From positions 5,500 through 69,499 of the forward strand of contig JAMCQL010000075.1 of assembly GCA_023381615.1 (NCBI GenBank): a stretch of 64,000 nucleotides of DNA, given 5' to 3'. Position numbers and translations under genes: made by a program. Source of the DNA: Bacteroidota bacterium (GTDB lineage: Bacteria; Bacteroidota; Ignavibacteria; Kryptoniales; JAKASW01). Below the pieces are notes generated by a model. That model did not search any database. It was not told the origin of the DNA and saw nothing but the letters and a program-made list of their open reading frames with translations. Position 1 is the first letter of the stretch, and every line of letters starts with the position of its first letter. Below, in pieces: positions 9,971-19,891 of this stretch.

Positions 9971-12385
9971 ATGTCAAAAAATGAATTCGATAAAGATGAA
10001 CAAATAGTGATGGAGGATCCCGGCAAGCTTTATAACCAGGAAATACTTCCGGTAATGCCGCTTCGAAATTCCGTATTCTTCCCGCGGCAGATGATGCCGT
10101 TGTCTGTCGGAAGAAAGAGCACGATACAACTCGTCGACGAAGCATTCCGTGACGATGTTCCGATTCTTATTGTGGCGCAGAAGGATGCGAATACGGAACG
10201 TCCGACGCCGGATGACATACACAAGATGGGAACGGTGGCACGTATTTTAAAAGTTTATAATTTGCCCGACGGCTCCAAGAGTGTTTTTGTCCAGGGTTTG
10301 TACAGGGCTGAGATATTCAACCTTGTCCAGCAAGAACCGTATATGAAAGGCTTTGTTCAGCGGATTGAAGAACAGAAGAGCGAAGGGATAGAGACAGAAG
10401 CGCTTGTCGCAACGATAAAGAATGGTTTCAAGAAAGCCGTTGATATGGCGCCCGATCTTACGCCGGAACATTTGAGTTTGATTCTGAATACAGAAGACCC
10501 GAGTCAGGTTGCCGATATGGCGATGTGGCTGATAAATATTCCTGTGAAAGAAAAGCAGGTGGTTCTCGAAGAATTAAATGTTCAGGAAAGATTAACAAAG
10601 GCAAATCTTTATTTGAGCAAATTGGTACAGCGTCTCGAGCTTGGGAACAAAATCCAGAATGAAGTGCAGGACGAAATAAACAAAAGTCAGCGGGACTATT
10701 TCTTACACGAGCAGCTCAAGGCGATCAAGCATGAGCTTGGCGAAGACGATGAGAATGTTGAGATAAACGAGCTGCGGAAACGGATCGATGAAGGAAATTA
10801 TCCGGAAGAAGTGAAAAAGACTGCGACGAAAGAACTCGATAGGTTGCAGAGGATGCACCCGTCAAGCGCGGAGTTTACCGTTGCGCGAACATATCTCGAC
10901 TGGCTGCTCGACTTGCCGTGGAATACCTCAACCGAAGATAACCTTGATATCAAGGCAGGTGAGAAATCTTTAGAGCGCGATCATTACGGACTCGAGAAGG
11001 TGAAGAAAAGAATTCTTGAATATCTTGCGGTTCGCAAATTGAAAAACGATATGCGCGGGCCGATATTGTGCTTTGTCGGCCCTCCCGGAGTTGGAAAGAC
11101 GAGCCTCGGGAAGTCGATCGCTAACGCTCTTGGCAGAAAGTTTGTTCGAATATCCCTGGGCGGCGTTCACGATGAAGCGGAAATCCGCGGACACAGGCGC
11201 ACTTACATTGGCGCTTTGCCGGGAAGAATTATTCAGGGAATAAAGAAAGCCGGTTTTAATAATCCGGTTTTCATGCTGGATGAGGTTGACAAGATCGGCA
11301 TGGATTTCAGGGGCGATCCGTCAAGCGCGCTTCTTGAAGTCCTCGATCCGGAACAAAACTTCTCGTTCAGCGATCATTATGTGGAGCTTCCTTTCGACCT
11401 TTCGAAAGTCTTGTTCATCGCGACGGCGAACATGATGGAACCAATTCCGCCAGCGCTGCGCGACAGGATGGAGATAATTGAGATACCGAGTTATGTGGAA
11501 GAGGAAAAACTTCACATTGCAAAAAACTTTCTTGTGCCGAAGCAGGTTGCCGAGCATGGATTGAAGGAAAAGCAAATAAAATTCACGGACGACGCGCTGC
11601 ACCTCATGATTTCCGGTTACACGAAAGAGGCGGGCGTTCGAAACCTCGAACGCAAAATTGCTGATGTATGCCGAGGCGTTGCGATGGAAGTCGCCGGCGG
11701 CGCTAAGAAATCGTTCGTGATCGACAACGAAGCCATTGTCAAATACTTGGGTAACCAGAAATTTTATCCGGAGATTTCCGAAAGGATAAATAAGCCGGGA
11801 ATTGCAACCGGTCTCGCTTGGACTCCGGTCGGCGGCGATATACTTTTTATCGAAGCTACGAAGATGAAAGGCAAGGGAAATCTTATTTTGACAGGACAGC
11901 TCGGCGATGTCATGAAGGAATCGGCTCAAGCCGCGCTGAGTTTCATAGGCGCAAATGCGGAGGTGCTCGGCATTGAAACCGACTTCCGCGAAAAGTATGA
12001 CATACATGTCCACGTCCCTGCGGGTGCAGTTCCGAAGGACGGGCCTTCCGCCGGTGTTACAATATTGACCGCGCTTGTTTCTCTTTTGACCGGCAGACTC
12101 GTCCGCAACGATCTTGCGATGACCGGAGAGATTACGCTTCGCGGCGCGGTTCTCCCGATTGGAGGCGTGAAGGAAAAAGTCATCGCAGCGGTGCGTTCCG
12201 GAATAAAAACAGTTATACTTCCGAAGAGAAACGAGCTTGATCTCGATGAAGTCCCGTCGCATGTTCGCGAGCAGGTCAAGTTCAAATTTGTCAGCGAGAT
12301 GCCGGAAGTGCTGAGCTTCGCGCTTCGTCCGCTCAAAAAAGAAGAGAAGCCGTCTGCGCGCGCACAAGAAGCGATAGCGAATTAG
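9971..12385 (+). CDS. lon: ATP-dependent Lon protease
   Basis: LON N-domain, Walker A GPPGVGKTS, proteolytic PKDGPSAG motif; ATG 9971 six nt after GGAG. Confidence 0.97.
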   Translation: MSKNEFDKDEQIVMEDPGKLYNQEILPVMPLRNSVFFPRQMMPLSVGRKSTIQLVDEAFRDDVPILIVAQKDANTERPTPDDIHKMGTVARILKVYNLPDGSKSVFVQGLYRAEIFNLVQQEPYMKGFVQRIEEQKSEGIETEALVATIKNGFKKAVDMAPDLTPEHLSLILNTEDPSQVADMAMWLINIPVKEKQVVLEELNVQERLTKANLYLSKLVQRLELGNKIQNEVQDEINKSQRDYFLHEQLKAIKHELGEDDENVEINELRKRIDEGNYPEEVKKTATKELDRLQRMHPSSAEFTVARTYLDWLLDLPWNTSTEDNLDIKAGEKSLERDHYGLEKVKKRILEYLAVRKLKNDMRGPILCFVGPPGVGKTSLGKSIANALGRKFVRISLGGVHDEAEIRGHRRTYIGALPGRIIQGIKKAGFNNPVFMLDEVDKIGMDFRGDPSSALLEVLDPEQNFSFSDHYVELPFDLSKVLFIATANMMEPIPPALRDRMEIIEIPSYVEEEKLHIAKNFLVPKQVAEHGLKEKQIKFTDDALHLMISGYTKEAGVRNLERKIADVCRGVAMEVAGGAKKSFVIDNEAIVKYLGNQKFYPEISERINKPGIATGLAWTPVGGDILFIEATKMKGKGNLILTGQLGDVMKESAQAALSFIGANAEVLGIETDFREKYDIHVHVPAGAVPKDGPSAGVTILTALVSLLTGRLVRNDLAMTGEITLRGAVLPIGGVKEKVIAAVRSGIKTVILPKRNELDLDEVPSHVREQVKFKFVSEMPEVLSFALRPLKKEEKPSARAQEAIAN

Positions 12386-12439
12386 GTTAGAAACTTGGTC
12401 GAAAACCCCGTCGAAAAAAATATCACCATCCATCCATGA

Positions 12440-12600
12440 ATCACGGACGGACACAGAGGACACGGAGAAATCCCCCACTGCAAGACCCGATGAAGAAAAG
12501 AATAGCACGCGGATGACACAGATGAGACGGATTATCACGGATTGCTTTATCTTCATCCGTGTAGATCAGTGTTATCCGCGTCATCAGTGTTCTATCGGGG
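12440..12600. repeat. word-repeat / long imperfect hairpin block downstream of lon
   Basis: CACGGAGAAATCCCC word plus inverted pair GCGGATGACACAGATGAGACGGAT / ATCCGTGTAGATCAGTGTTATCCGC. Confidence 0.6.
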
Positions 12601-12897
12601 CTTTCGTCCGGGTTTCTAGAACATTATTTCATCTAAATTATAGATCAGAAAAAAGAGGCGGCAGTTGTGAGACAGCCGCTTTCGTTTTTCAAATTATCAG
12701 AGAGTTAACCGCAAAGTGCGCAATGGGAAATTGTTGCCAAAAGAATCGCGAAGTTCACAAAGAAAGATAGAAAATCGCCGGCTCGACTCAGGTTTGTTTT
12801 CCTATGCATTCTTGCTTAATTTGACTTCGGTTCATGGTTTATGAGGATAAAGCCACGGTTCGAATGAGTTTCGGAGTTTTGAATTTCCCCTTAAACA

Positions 12898-14421
12898 ATG
12901 TCGGAGTCTCGAGGAATGCGTGAGATAAATTTAAACATAAAAAAGCCGAAAACTTTCTGCGGCATATTCGGAATATACGGGGCTCCGAACGCGTCGGGCT
13001 ACATTTATTATGGCTTGAATGCGCTCCAGCACCGCGGTCAGGAAGCCGCCGGAATCGTGACTAGAGAAAGAACAGAGGATAAGACTTTCTTCAACGTTCA
13101 TAAAAGTACCGGACTCGTGGCGGATGTTTTCAAGGATGATAAAATCCTGCACGATGTTTTGAGAGGCGATGCGGGAATCGGACATGATCGTTATTCAACA
13201 ACTGGTTCTGCCGAAAGCCGGAAGAATGTCCAGCCGATCGTCGTGAATTACCGGAAAGGCAATCTAGCGATTTCGCATAATGGGAACCTCACAAACTCGC
13301 ACAAACTCCGCGATGAATTAACTGAAGGCGGCACGCTTTTCCAGACAACCACCGATACGGAAATAATTTTGCATCTGATCGCGCGAAGCCAGAAAGAGAC
13401 CGTTGTCGAACAAGTTTATGAAGCCTTGCAGCTTATTCGCGGTGCGTTTTCACTTGTCATCCTTTCGGATGATCAGTTGATAGTTGCGAGAGATTCATAC
13501 GGTTTTCGTCCGCTTGCACTCGGGAAATTGGGCGATGCCGTCGTCGCTGCGTCAGAGACATGCGCGTTCGATGTCGTTGGCGCCGAATATTTACGCGACG
13601 TCGAGCCGGGCGAAATTGTCGTGATAAACGATGAAGTGATCCAAACCGGGAAACTGCAATCGCTGTTTCTTCCCGACATTCCCAAACAATCGCGACATTG
13701 TATTTTTGAATATATTTATTTCTCGCGGCCCGACAGCAAGATTTTCGGAGAGAGCGTTGATAAAGTCAGGCGGAAGATAGGCAAAGGCCTCGCGGAGGAA
13801 TCGCCGGTGGAGAACGACGAGGATGAAAAGCTTGTAGTGATCAGCGTCCCCGACTCATCGAACACAGCGACGCTCGGTTACGTTTCGCAGAGCGCAAAGA
13901 TGGGGATCAAAGTGAAGTTTGAGATCGGTTTGATCAGAAGCCATTATGTCGGCAGGACTTTCATTCAACCGGATCAAGACACACGTGACCTAAAGGTAAA
14001 AGTCAAATTCAATACAGTGAAAGGCGTCTTGAAGGGAAGGAAAGTTGTAATTGTGGACGACTCAATTGTGCGCGGCACGACGAGCAAGCAGCTTGTGAAA
14101 TTGGTCCGCGAAGCCGAGCCTGCCGAGGTGCATTTCCGCGTGAGTTCTCCGCCGATCATGTATCCTTGTTATTACGGAATGGATTTCCCATCGGAGCGCG
14201 AGCTGTTTGCTAATCAATTCGAAGGCGACATTGAGAGCATGAGGAAAGAACTGAATGTGGACTCTCTCGCGTACCTTTCCCTTGAAAAGCTGCTCGATTC
14301 TGTCCCTGTGGATGAGCGAAGAAATTACTGCACAGCATGTTTCAGCGGCGAGTATCCGACCGACGTCGAAGTCAACAGCAAAGAGGAGTTTGAGGCAAAC
14401 ATAAATGAAGCGAAAGTATAA
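12898..14421 (+). CDS. purF: amidophosphoribosyltransferase
   Basis: Propeptide then CGIFGIYG catalytic Cys; PRTase motif VVIVDDSIVRGTT; C-terminal Cys cluster. Confidence 0.95.
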   Translation: MSESRGMREINLNIKKPKTFCGIFGIYGAPNASGYIYYGLNALQHRGQEAAGIVTRERTEDKTFFNVHKSTGLVADVFKDDKILHDVLRGDAGIGHDRYSTTGSAESRKNVQPIVVNYRKGNLAISHNGNLTNSHKLRDELTEGGTLFQTTTDTEIILHLIARSQKETVVEQVYEALQLIRGAFSLVILSDDQLIVARDSYGFRPLALGKLGDAVVAASETCAFDVVGAEYLRDVEPGEIVVINDEVIQTGKLQSLFLPDIPKQSRHCIFEYIYFSRPDSKIFGESVDKVRRKIGKGLAEESPVENDEDEKLVVISVPDSSNTATLGYVSQSAKMGIKVKFEIGLIRSHYVGRTFIQPDQDTRDLKVKVKFNTVKGVLKGRKVVIVDDSIVRGTTSKQLVKLVREAEPAEVHFRVSSPPIMYPCYYGMDFPSERELFANQFEGDIESMRKELNVDSLAYLSLEKLLDSVPVDERRNYCTACFSGEYPTDVEVNSKEEFEANINEAKV

Positions 14422-14498
14422 GTCTGTCGCTGATAATCTCATTACGACTGCGCCAGAGGCGCATCAGCCTCAGGCTGAAATCTTGCTGCGAGACGCGG

Positions 14499-15086
14499 TT
14501 GAATAGCGTCATAAAAATTGAAAAGCGGTGGACTGCTTCGAATATTCTAAGTGTAAGCCGCATCTTTTTGTTGATTCCGATTGTCATCCTCATTCTCAAG
14601 CCGGGGAATCAGTATCGCTTGACTGTTTTGGCGTTGATGATTCTCGGTTCAGCGACGGATTTTCTCGATGGGATGCTTGCGCGGGCGCTTAACCAAGTCA
14701 CGGATTTCGGAAAACTTCTCGATCCTCTTTCCGATAAAATTTGCATCGTTACAGCTTCAATCGCTCTCGTGATCGCCGGCGACGTTCCGGTGTGGTACGC
14801 CGTTATCGTTGCAGCACGCGACTTAATTATCCTTGCGGGGAGCGCTGTGATAATAACTCAACGAAAAGTTGTTGTCCAATCAGTCTGGACAGGGAAATGG
14901 ACAGTTGCATTCATCGCCGCATATCTAATACTTGCGACACTGCGGATCGACTCGCTTGCCCTCGCAAAAAATTTCTTCCTCTACTTGAGCGCGTTGTTCG
15001 TTTTCATATCGCTCGCGGTTTACACAAGAGTTTATCAGAAGCACATGTCCAAAGGATCCTTCGGAGAAAAAAATGGGATTGCTTGA
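14499..15086 (+). CDS. CDP-alcohol phosphatidyltransferase family protein
   Basis: DFLDGMLAR...G..LDPLSDK signature and multiple TM helices. TTG start is uncertain. Confidence 0.8.
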   Translation: MNSVIKIEKRWTASNILSVSRIFLLIPIVILILKPGNQYRLTVLALMILGSATDFLDGMLARALNQVTDFGKLLDPLSDKICIVTASIALVIAGDVPVWYAVIVAARDLIILAGSAVIITQRKVVVQSVWTGKWTVAFIAAYLILATLRIDSLALAKNFFLYLSALFVFISLAVYTRVYQKHMSKGSFGEKNGIA

Positions 15087-16107
15087 TCGTTTCAAGAAAA
15101 TAAAAGAAGGGCTTGCGAGGACTCGTTCGAGTTTCGTTGACAGAGTCACAAAAGTCATTTCCGGTAAAACAAAAATTGACGACCAGCTTATCGACGAAAT
15201 CGAAGAAGCTCTTCTTTCGAGCGATATGGGTTTCAACGCGACTCAAAAAATCATCGACGACATTCGCGCGCGGGTGAAAAAAGAAGGCTACGAAGATTCT
15301 CAAATGCTAAAAAGCCTTCTCAAAGAAGAAATATTAAAATATGTGACGGAGCCGAATGGCGCCGGCTCGATGAAAACGAAACCGCATGTTATAATGATTG
15401 TCGGAGTGAATGGAGTCGGCAAAACGACGACGGTCGGAAAGCTTGCGTATAATTTTAAGAATGACGGGAAGAAGGTTCTGATTGCGGCGGCGGATACGTT
15501 TCGTGCAGCTGCAAACGAGCAGCTTCAAATCTGGGCAGAAAGAGCCGGAGTTGAAATTATCCAGTCCAAAGGATCTCGACCTTCGTCGGGACAGCAGCCG
15601 GGAACCGATCCGGGAGCTGTGGCTTACGACGCGGTGAGCGCCGCAAGGTCACGCGGGACCGACGTTGTGCTGATAGATACCGCCGGAAGACTCCACACGA
15701 AAACGAACCTGATGGAAGAGTTGAAGAAGATCAGGCGAGTCGTCCAAAAAGTTGTCCCGGACGCGCCGCATGAAGTATTTCTGGTGCTCGATGCGGTAAC
15801 CGGACAAAACGGACTGGTACAGGCGAGGCAGTTTCTCGAAGCCGCTGGTGTGACAGGGATCGTACTGACGAAACTCGACGGCACGGCAAAAGGCGGCATC
15901 GTGGTTGCAATAAGCCAGGAGCTTAAATTACCAGTGGAATACATCGGCGTCGGCGAGGGAATAGACGACCTACTGCCGTTCGACCGGAATATCTTTGTTG
16001 ATGCTTTGTTTTCTGAAGGGTCTTACGAATCGGAATTATCCTGTTCCCCTTCGCCAGAGGCGCATCTGCCTAAGGCCGAGAATCCTGCGAATGGAGAGGA
16101 ATCATAA
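15073..16107 (+). CDS. ftsY: signal recognition particle receptor FtsY
   Basis: GVNGVGKTTT, DTAGRL, TKLDGTAKGG motifs. Carries a repeat-derived internal insert and a C-terminal extension (see findings). Confidence 0.93.
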   Translation: MGLLDRFKKIKEGLARTRSSFVDRVTKVISGKTKIDDQLIDEIEEALLSSDMGFNATQKIIDDIRARVKKEGYEDSQMLKSLLKEEILKYVTEPNGAGSMKTKPHVIMIVGVNGVGKTTTVGKLAYNFKNDGKKVLIAAADTFRAAANEQLQIWAERAGVEIIQSKGSRPSSGQQPGTDPGAVAYDAVSAARSRGTDVVLIDTAGRLHTKTNLMEELKKIRRVVQKVVPDAPHEVFLVLDAVTGQNGLVQARQFLEAAGVTGIVLTKLDGTAKGGIVVAISQELKLPVEYIGVGEGIDDLLPFDRNIFVDALFSEGSYESELSCSPSPEAHLPKAENPANGEES

Positions 16108-17900
16108 TGTCAAAGGTCAAAATCCTTCCTGAGGAGATAGCAAGCAAGATCGCCGCCGGCGAAGTTGTCCAGCGCCCGGAGTCTGTTGTCAAGGAGCTGA
16201 TTGAAAATTCGATCGACGCCGGCGCGAAGTCGATAGACATTGAAGTGAAAGAAGCCGGCAAGAGTTTTATCAGAGTTACCGACGACGGCGCGGGCATGCA
16301 GGAGGAAGATGCGATCCTCGCATTTGAACGACACGCGACGAGTAAGATCGAGACGTACCATGATCTTGAGAATGTCGCGACGCTCGGCTTCCGCGGAGAA
16401 GCGCTCTATTCGATTGCCGCGGTTTCACAGGTTGAAGTGAAAACTAAAACCGCTTCCGATGATGCGGCAGTTTATTTGAGGGTTGAAGGTGGAAAACAGA
16501 CTGAGGTTTCCAGAACCGCGCACGGGACAGGAACGACAATTCTCGTGAAAAATTTATTTTACAATACGCCGGGCAGGCGTAATTTCATGAAAGCAAACCC
16601 GACGGAGTTCAGGCACATCTATCAGACTGTCTCGCGGTACGCGATCGCCTTCCCCGAAATAGAATTCACCCTGCAATCAGGCGACGAAGTTGTCCTGCGC
16701 GCGAAGACAAGTACGGTTCGCGGGAGGCTCGATGAAATCTTCGGCGAGAGATTCACCGACTCGCTTGTCGCGTTCGAAGAAGATTACGATCATCTCAAGG
16801 TCAGCGGTTTCCTCGGCAAACCGGAATACACGAAGCGAACTCGCGGTGAGCAATTCTTATTCTTGAACAAAAGATATGTGATGAGCAAGGCGATAAGTCA
16901 CGCGGCGTTTTCCGCCTACGAGAACCTGATCGACAAAGGAGACTTCCCGTTCTTCGTGATTTTTATCGACCTGCCGCCGAACGAAGTTGACGTAAACGTT
17001 CATCCATCGAAGTTGGAAGTGAAATTCAGGGACGAGAGAAGCATTTACGGAGCGATCCGGTCTGCCACACGAAGTGCTCTTGTCCGAAGCGACCTTGTGC
17101 CGGAAATGGCGATCGCGACGGAGCCCGGGAAATTCGTCAGCCGCACCACATCAGAAACGTCCCGCGGCGGAATAGTGCCGGTGATGTTCAACGCGAAACC
17201 TTCTCCGCGTTACATAGAAGACGAGAGAATTGCCGATGCGGTAGATCCTTTGTTTGCTCTGAGATTCCCGCAAAACCGTGCTTCGTCTGCGGATCCCGAC
17301 TGGGGTCGGGAAGAGAGTGAGACCATTGAAAGTTCCGGTGGTATTATTTATCAGCTTCACAATAAATATATCATTTCCCAGATATCGACAGGTTTACTTG
17401 TCGTCGATCAGCACGCCGCTCACGAGCGTGTCATTTATGAACGAACGCTGAAACGATTCAGCGAGCAAGGACAGAGCACGCAGCAGCTTTTATTCCCGTT
17501 GAGTTTGAACCTTGATCCGGCCGACTTTGCAGTGCTGGAAGAAATAATGAGCGATCTGAATCAGCTTGGTTTCAGCATAAAACAGTTCAGCGGTTCGACG
17601 GCGGTTCTTGACGGCGTGCCGGTTGACTTGAAAGCCGGCAGAGAGAGCACAATTCTCACGGAGATTATTGAAGATTACAAACGTGATAACGATCTGCGGC
17701 TCACTCCGCGCGAAAAGTTGTGCAAGACTTATGCTTGCAAAGCCGCCGTTAAAGCTGGTGATTATCTCACGGTTGAGGAAATGGGATCACTGCTGGATCA
17801 ACTTTTCGAAGCCGAGGTGCCGTACGTATGTCCGCACGGAAGGCCAGTGCTTGTGAAGATACCGCTGCTGGAACTCGACAAGAAATTCGGGCGGATATAG
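16107..17900 (+). CDS. mutL: DNA mismatch repair protein MutL
   Basis: GHKL ATPase N-terminus (IAAGEVVQRPESVVKELIENSIDAG) and C-terminal dimerisation domain (CPHGRP). Confidence 0.95.
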   Translation: MSKVKILPEEIASKIAAGEVVQRPESVVKELIENSIDAGAKSIDIEVKEAGKSFIRVTDDGAGMQEEDAILAFERHATSKIETYHDLENVATLGFRGEALYSIAAVSQVEVKTKTASDDAAVYLRVEGGKQTEVSRTAHGTGTTILVKNLFYNTPGRRNFMKANPTEFRHIYQTVSRYAIAFPEIEFTLQSGDEVVLRAKTSTVRGRLDEIFGERFTDSLVAFEEDYDHLKVSGFLGKPEYTKRTRGEQFLFLNKRYVMSKAISHAAFSAYENLIDKGDFPFFVIFIDLPPNEVDVNVHPSKLEVKFRDERSIYGAIRSATRSALVRSDLVPEMAIATEPGKFVSRTTSETSRGGIVPVMFNAKPSPRYIEDERIADAVDPLFALRFPQNRASSADPDWGREESETIESSGGIIYQLHNKYIISQISTGLLVVDQHAAHERVIYERTLKRFSEQGQSTQQLLFPLSLNLDPADFAVLEEIMSDLNQLGFSIKQFSGSTAVLDGVPVDLKAGRESTILTEIIEDYKRDNDLRLTPREKLCKTYACKAAVKAGDYLTVEEMGSLLDQLFEAEVPYVCPHGRPVLVKIPLLELDKKFGRI

Positions 17901-18038
17901 AGCATAAATCCGCTTATAACGCAGAGTAATTATCGCAGAACCACAATTCGTGCCTAAATTCCACGTTTTTTTGAAACTCTTTCCCTCCTTTCTTATATTA
18001 AACTTCACGATTTTCGAACAAATAAACAGAAATTTGAA

Positions 18039-19889
18039 ATGTCTCAGACAACAGTATCGCTGCGTGGTAAGAAGAGAACACACACGTGTGGTGAACTCAG
18101 AGTAAAGAATATAAATGAAAAAGTAACGCTGAACGGTTGGGTTGATCGCCGTAGAGATTTAGGCGGCGTAATTTTTATAGACCTCCGCGACCGGTATGGA
18201 AAAACGCAGGTCGTTTTCGCACCTCAGCATAACGAACCGGTTTATCAAATCGCAAAACAATTGAGAAGCGAAGATGTAATTGCGGTCGTCGGCAAAGTTG
18301 GCAATAGACCTACGGGCACGATCAATCAGAATTTATTGACGGGTGAAATCGAGGTCCTTGCCGACGATCTTTTGATCCTGAATGAAGCTGAAACTCCGCC
18401 TTTCCCGATAGATAGTGAAATTGATACAAGCGAAGAACTGCGGCTGAAATATCGCTACATTGATTTGCGCCGAGAGCCGATGCAGAGGAATTTGCAGATC
18501 AGGCATAAGATGGCACAGGCAGTTCGCCGCTACATGGACGGTTTGAACTTCATGGAAATTGAGACGCCGTTCCTGATGAAGAGTACGCCTGAAGGCGCAC
18601 GTGACTATCTCGTTCCCAGCAGAATCCACCACGGAAAGTTCTACGCGCTCCCGCAGTCCCCGCAGACTTACAAGCAGATTTTGATGGTCTCCGGATTTGA
18701 TCGGTACTTCCAGATTGTGAAATGTTTCCGCGACGAGGACCTTCGCGCAGACCGCCAGCCCGAATTTACCCAGATCGATATCGAAATGTCTTTCATTCTT
18801 GAAGAAGACATCTACCAGATGGCTGAAGGCTTGATGAAAACGCTTTTCAAGGAAGTCAAAGGAATAGGGATCGAGACGCCATTGCGCCGGATGAGTTACG
18901 ATGAAGCGATGACGAAATATGGCAGCGACAAGCCCGACTTGCGTTTTGAACTTCCAGTCGAGAACGTAACAGAGATTATGCGCGGCTCCGAGTTCAAAAT
19001 TTTCGAATCGAATATCCGGAGCGGGAATCTCGTCTGCGGAATCAACTTGAAACATCAGGTCGACGACTCGACTCGTCGAGCAGAACTGAGCCGCAAGCAG
19101 ATCGACGAAGTAACCGAAATTGCGAAGTCGTGCGGCGCCGCTGGATTAGTTCATTTCAAGGTGATAGCTGACTCGATCGATTCTCCCACTGCAAAATATT
19201 TTATCCCTGAACAGCTGAAGAATCTGCGGGAGAAATTTACTGCGGAAACCGGGGATTTGATTTTGCTCATTACACAGCCGCGCGAGAAAATTTTCCAGAC
19301 GCTCGGCCAATTCCGTCTCGAACTCGGGAAAAAGTTCAACCTGATAGATCAAAACAAAAATTCACTTTTATGGGTTACCGAATTTCCTCTTTTGGAATGG
19401 TCGGAAGATGAAAAGAGATTTGCGGCGATGCACCATCCGTTCACGTCTCCAAAGGACGAAGACGCCGTGAAACTCGAGGAAGGCTTGAAAGAATTCAAAG
19501 AAAAGAAGGAGTGGTCTTCGGACAATCCGGTCGGTAAAGTCCGCGCCCGCGCTTACGACTTGGTCTGGAACGGGAACGAGATCGCAGGTGGGAGTATCAG
19601 GATATTCCATCCTGAGCTTCAACAAAAAATGTTCAGTTGTCTCGGAATATCGGAGGAGGATGCTCGGAGAAAATTCGGTTTTCTCCTCGAAGCCTTCAAA
19701 TTCGGAGCGCCGCCGCATGGCGGAATCGCGTTCGGTTTCGACAGGCTCGTCATGCTCTTCACCGGAAGCAAATCGATCCGGGACGTTATCGCATTTCCCA
19801 AGACGAGCAGCGCAATGTCTTTGATGGACGAGGCGCCAAGCGAAGTCGGTCAGGATCAACTAAACGAACTTCATCTAAAAGTGATTTAA
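18039..19889 (+). CDS. aspS: aspartate--tRNA ligase
   Basis: OB-fold N-terminus and class II motifs (FRDEDLRADRQPEFTQID, GGIAFGFDRL). Confidence 0.97.
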   Translation: MSQTTVSLRGKKRTHTCGELRVKNINEKVTLNGWVDRRRDLGGVIFIDLRDRYGKTQVVFAPQHNEPVYQIAKQLRSEDVIAVVGKVGNRPTGTINQNLLTGEIEVLADDLLILNEAETPPFPIDSEIDTSEELRLKYRYIDLRREPMQRNLQIRHKMAQAVRRYMDGLNFMEIETPFLMKSTPEGARDYLVPSRIHHGKFYALPQSPQTYKQILMVSGFDRYFQIVKCFRDEDLRADRQPEFTQIDIEMSFILEEDIYQMAEGLMKTLFKEVKGIGIETPLRRMSYDEAMTKYGSDKPDLRFELPVENVTEIMRGSEFKIFESNIRSGNLVCGINLKHQVDDSTRRAELSRKQIDEVTEIAKSCGAAGLVHFKVIADSIDSPTAKYFIPEQLKNLREKFTAETGDLILLITQPREKIFQTLGQFRLELGKKFNLIDQNKNSLLWVTEFPLLEWSEDEKRFAAMHHPFTSPKDEDAVKLEEGLKEFKEKKEWSSDNPVGKVRARAYDLVWNGNEIAGGSIRIFHPELQQKMFSCLGISEEDARRKFGFLLEAFKFGAPPHGGIAFGFDRLVMLFTGSKSIRDVIAFPKTSSAMSLMDEAPSEVGQDQLNELHLKVI

Positions 19890-19891
19890 AA

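Noticed and set aside
11321-12556. 411-aa minus-strand ORF. Similar long ORFs occur at 7821..8801, 18333..19055, 20483..21079 and 25390..25857.
   Set aside because: These are antisense shadows of strongly supported + strand genes (lon, DUF362, aspS, GH31, ugd). They have no recognisable motifs.
12513-12770. 85-aa ORF between lon and purF
   Set aside because: It lies entirely within the hairpin/word-repeat block and has no RBS or motif.
19637-19891. Upstream extension of the GH31 ORF (track start 19637)
   Set aside because: It overlaps the aspS C-terminus in another frame. ATG 19892 gives a signal peptide directly after the aspS stop.
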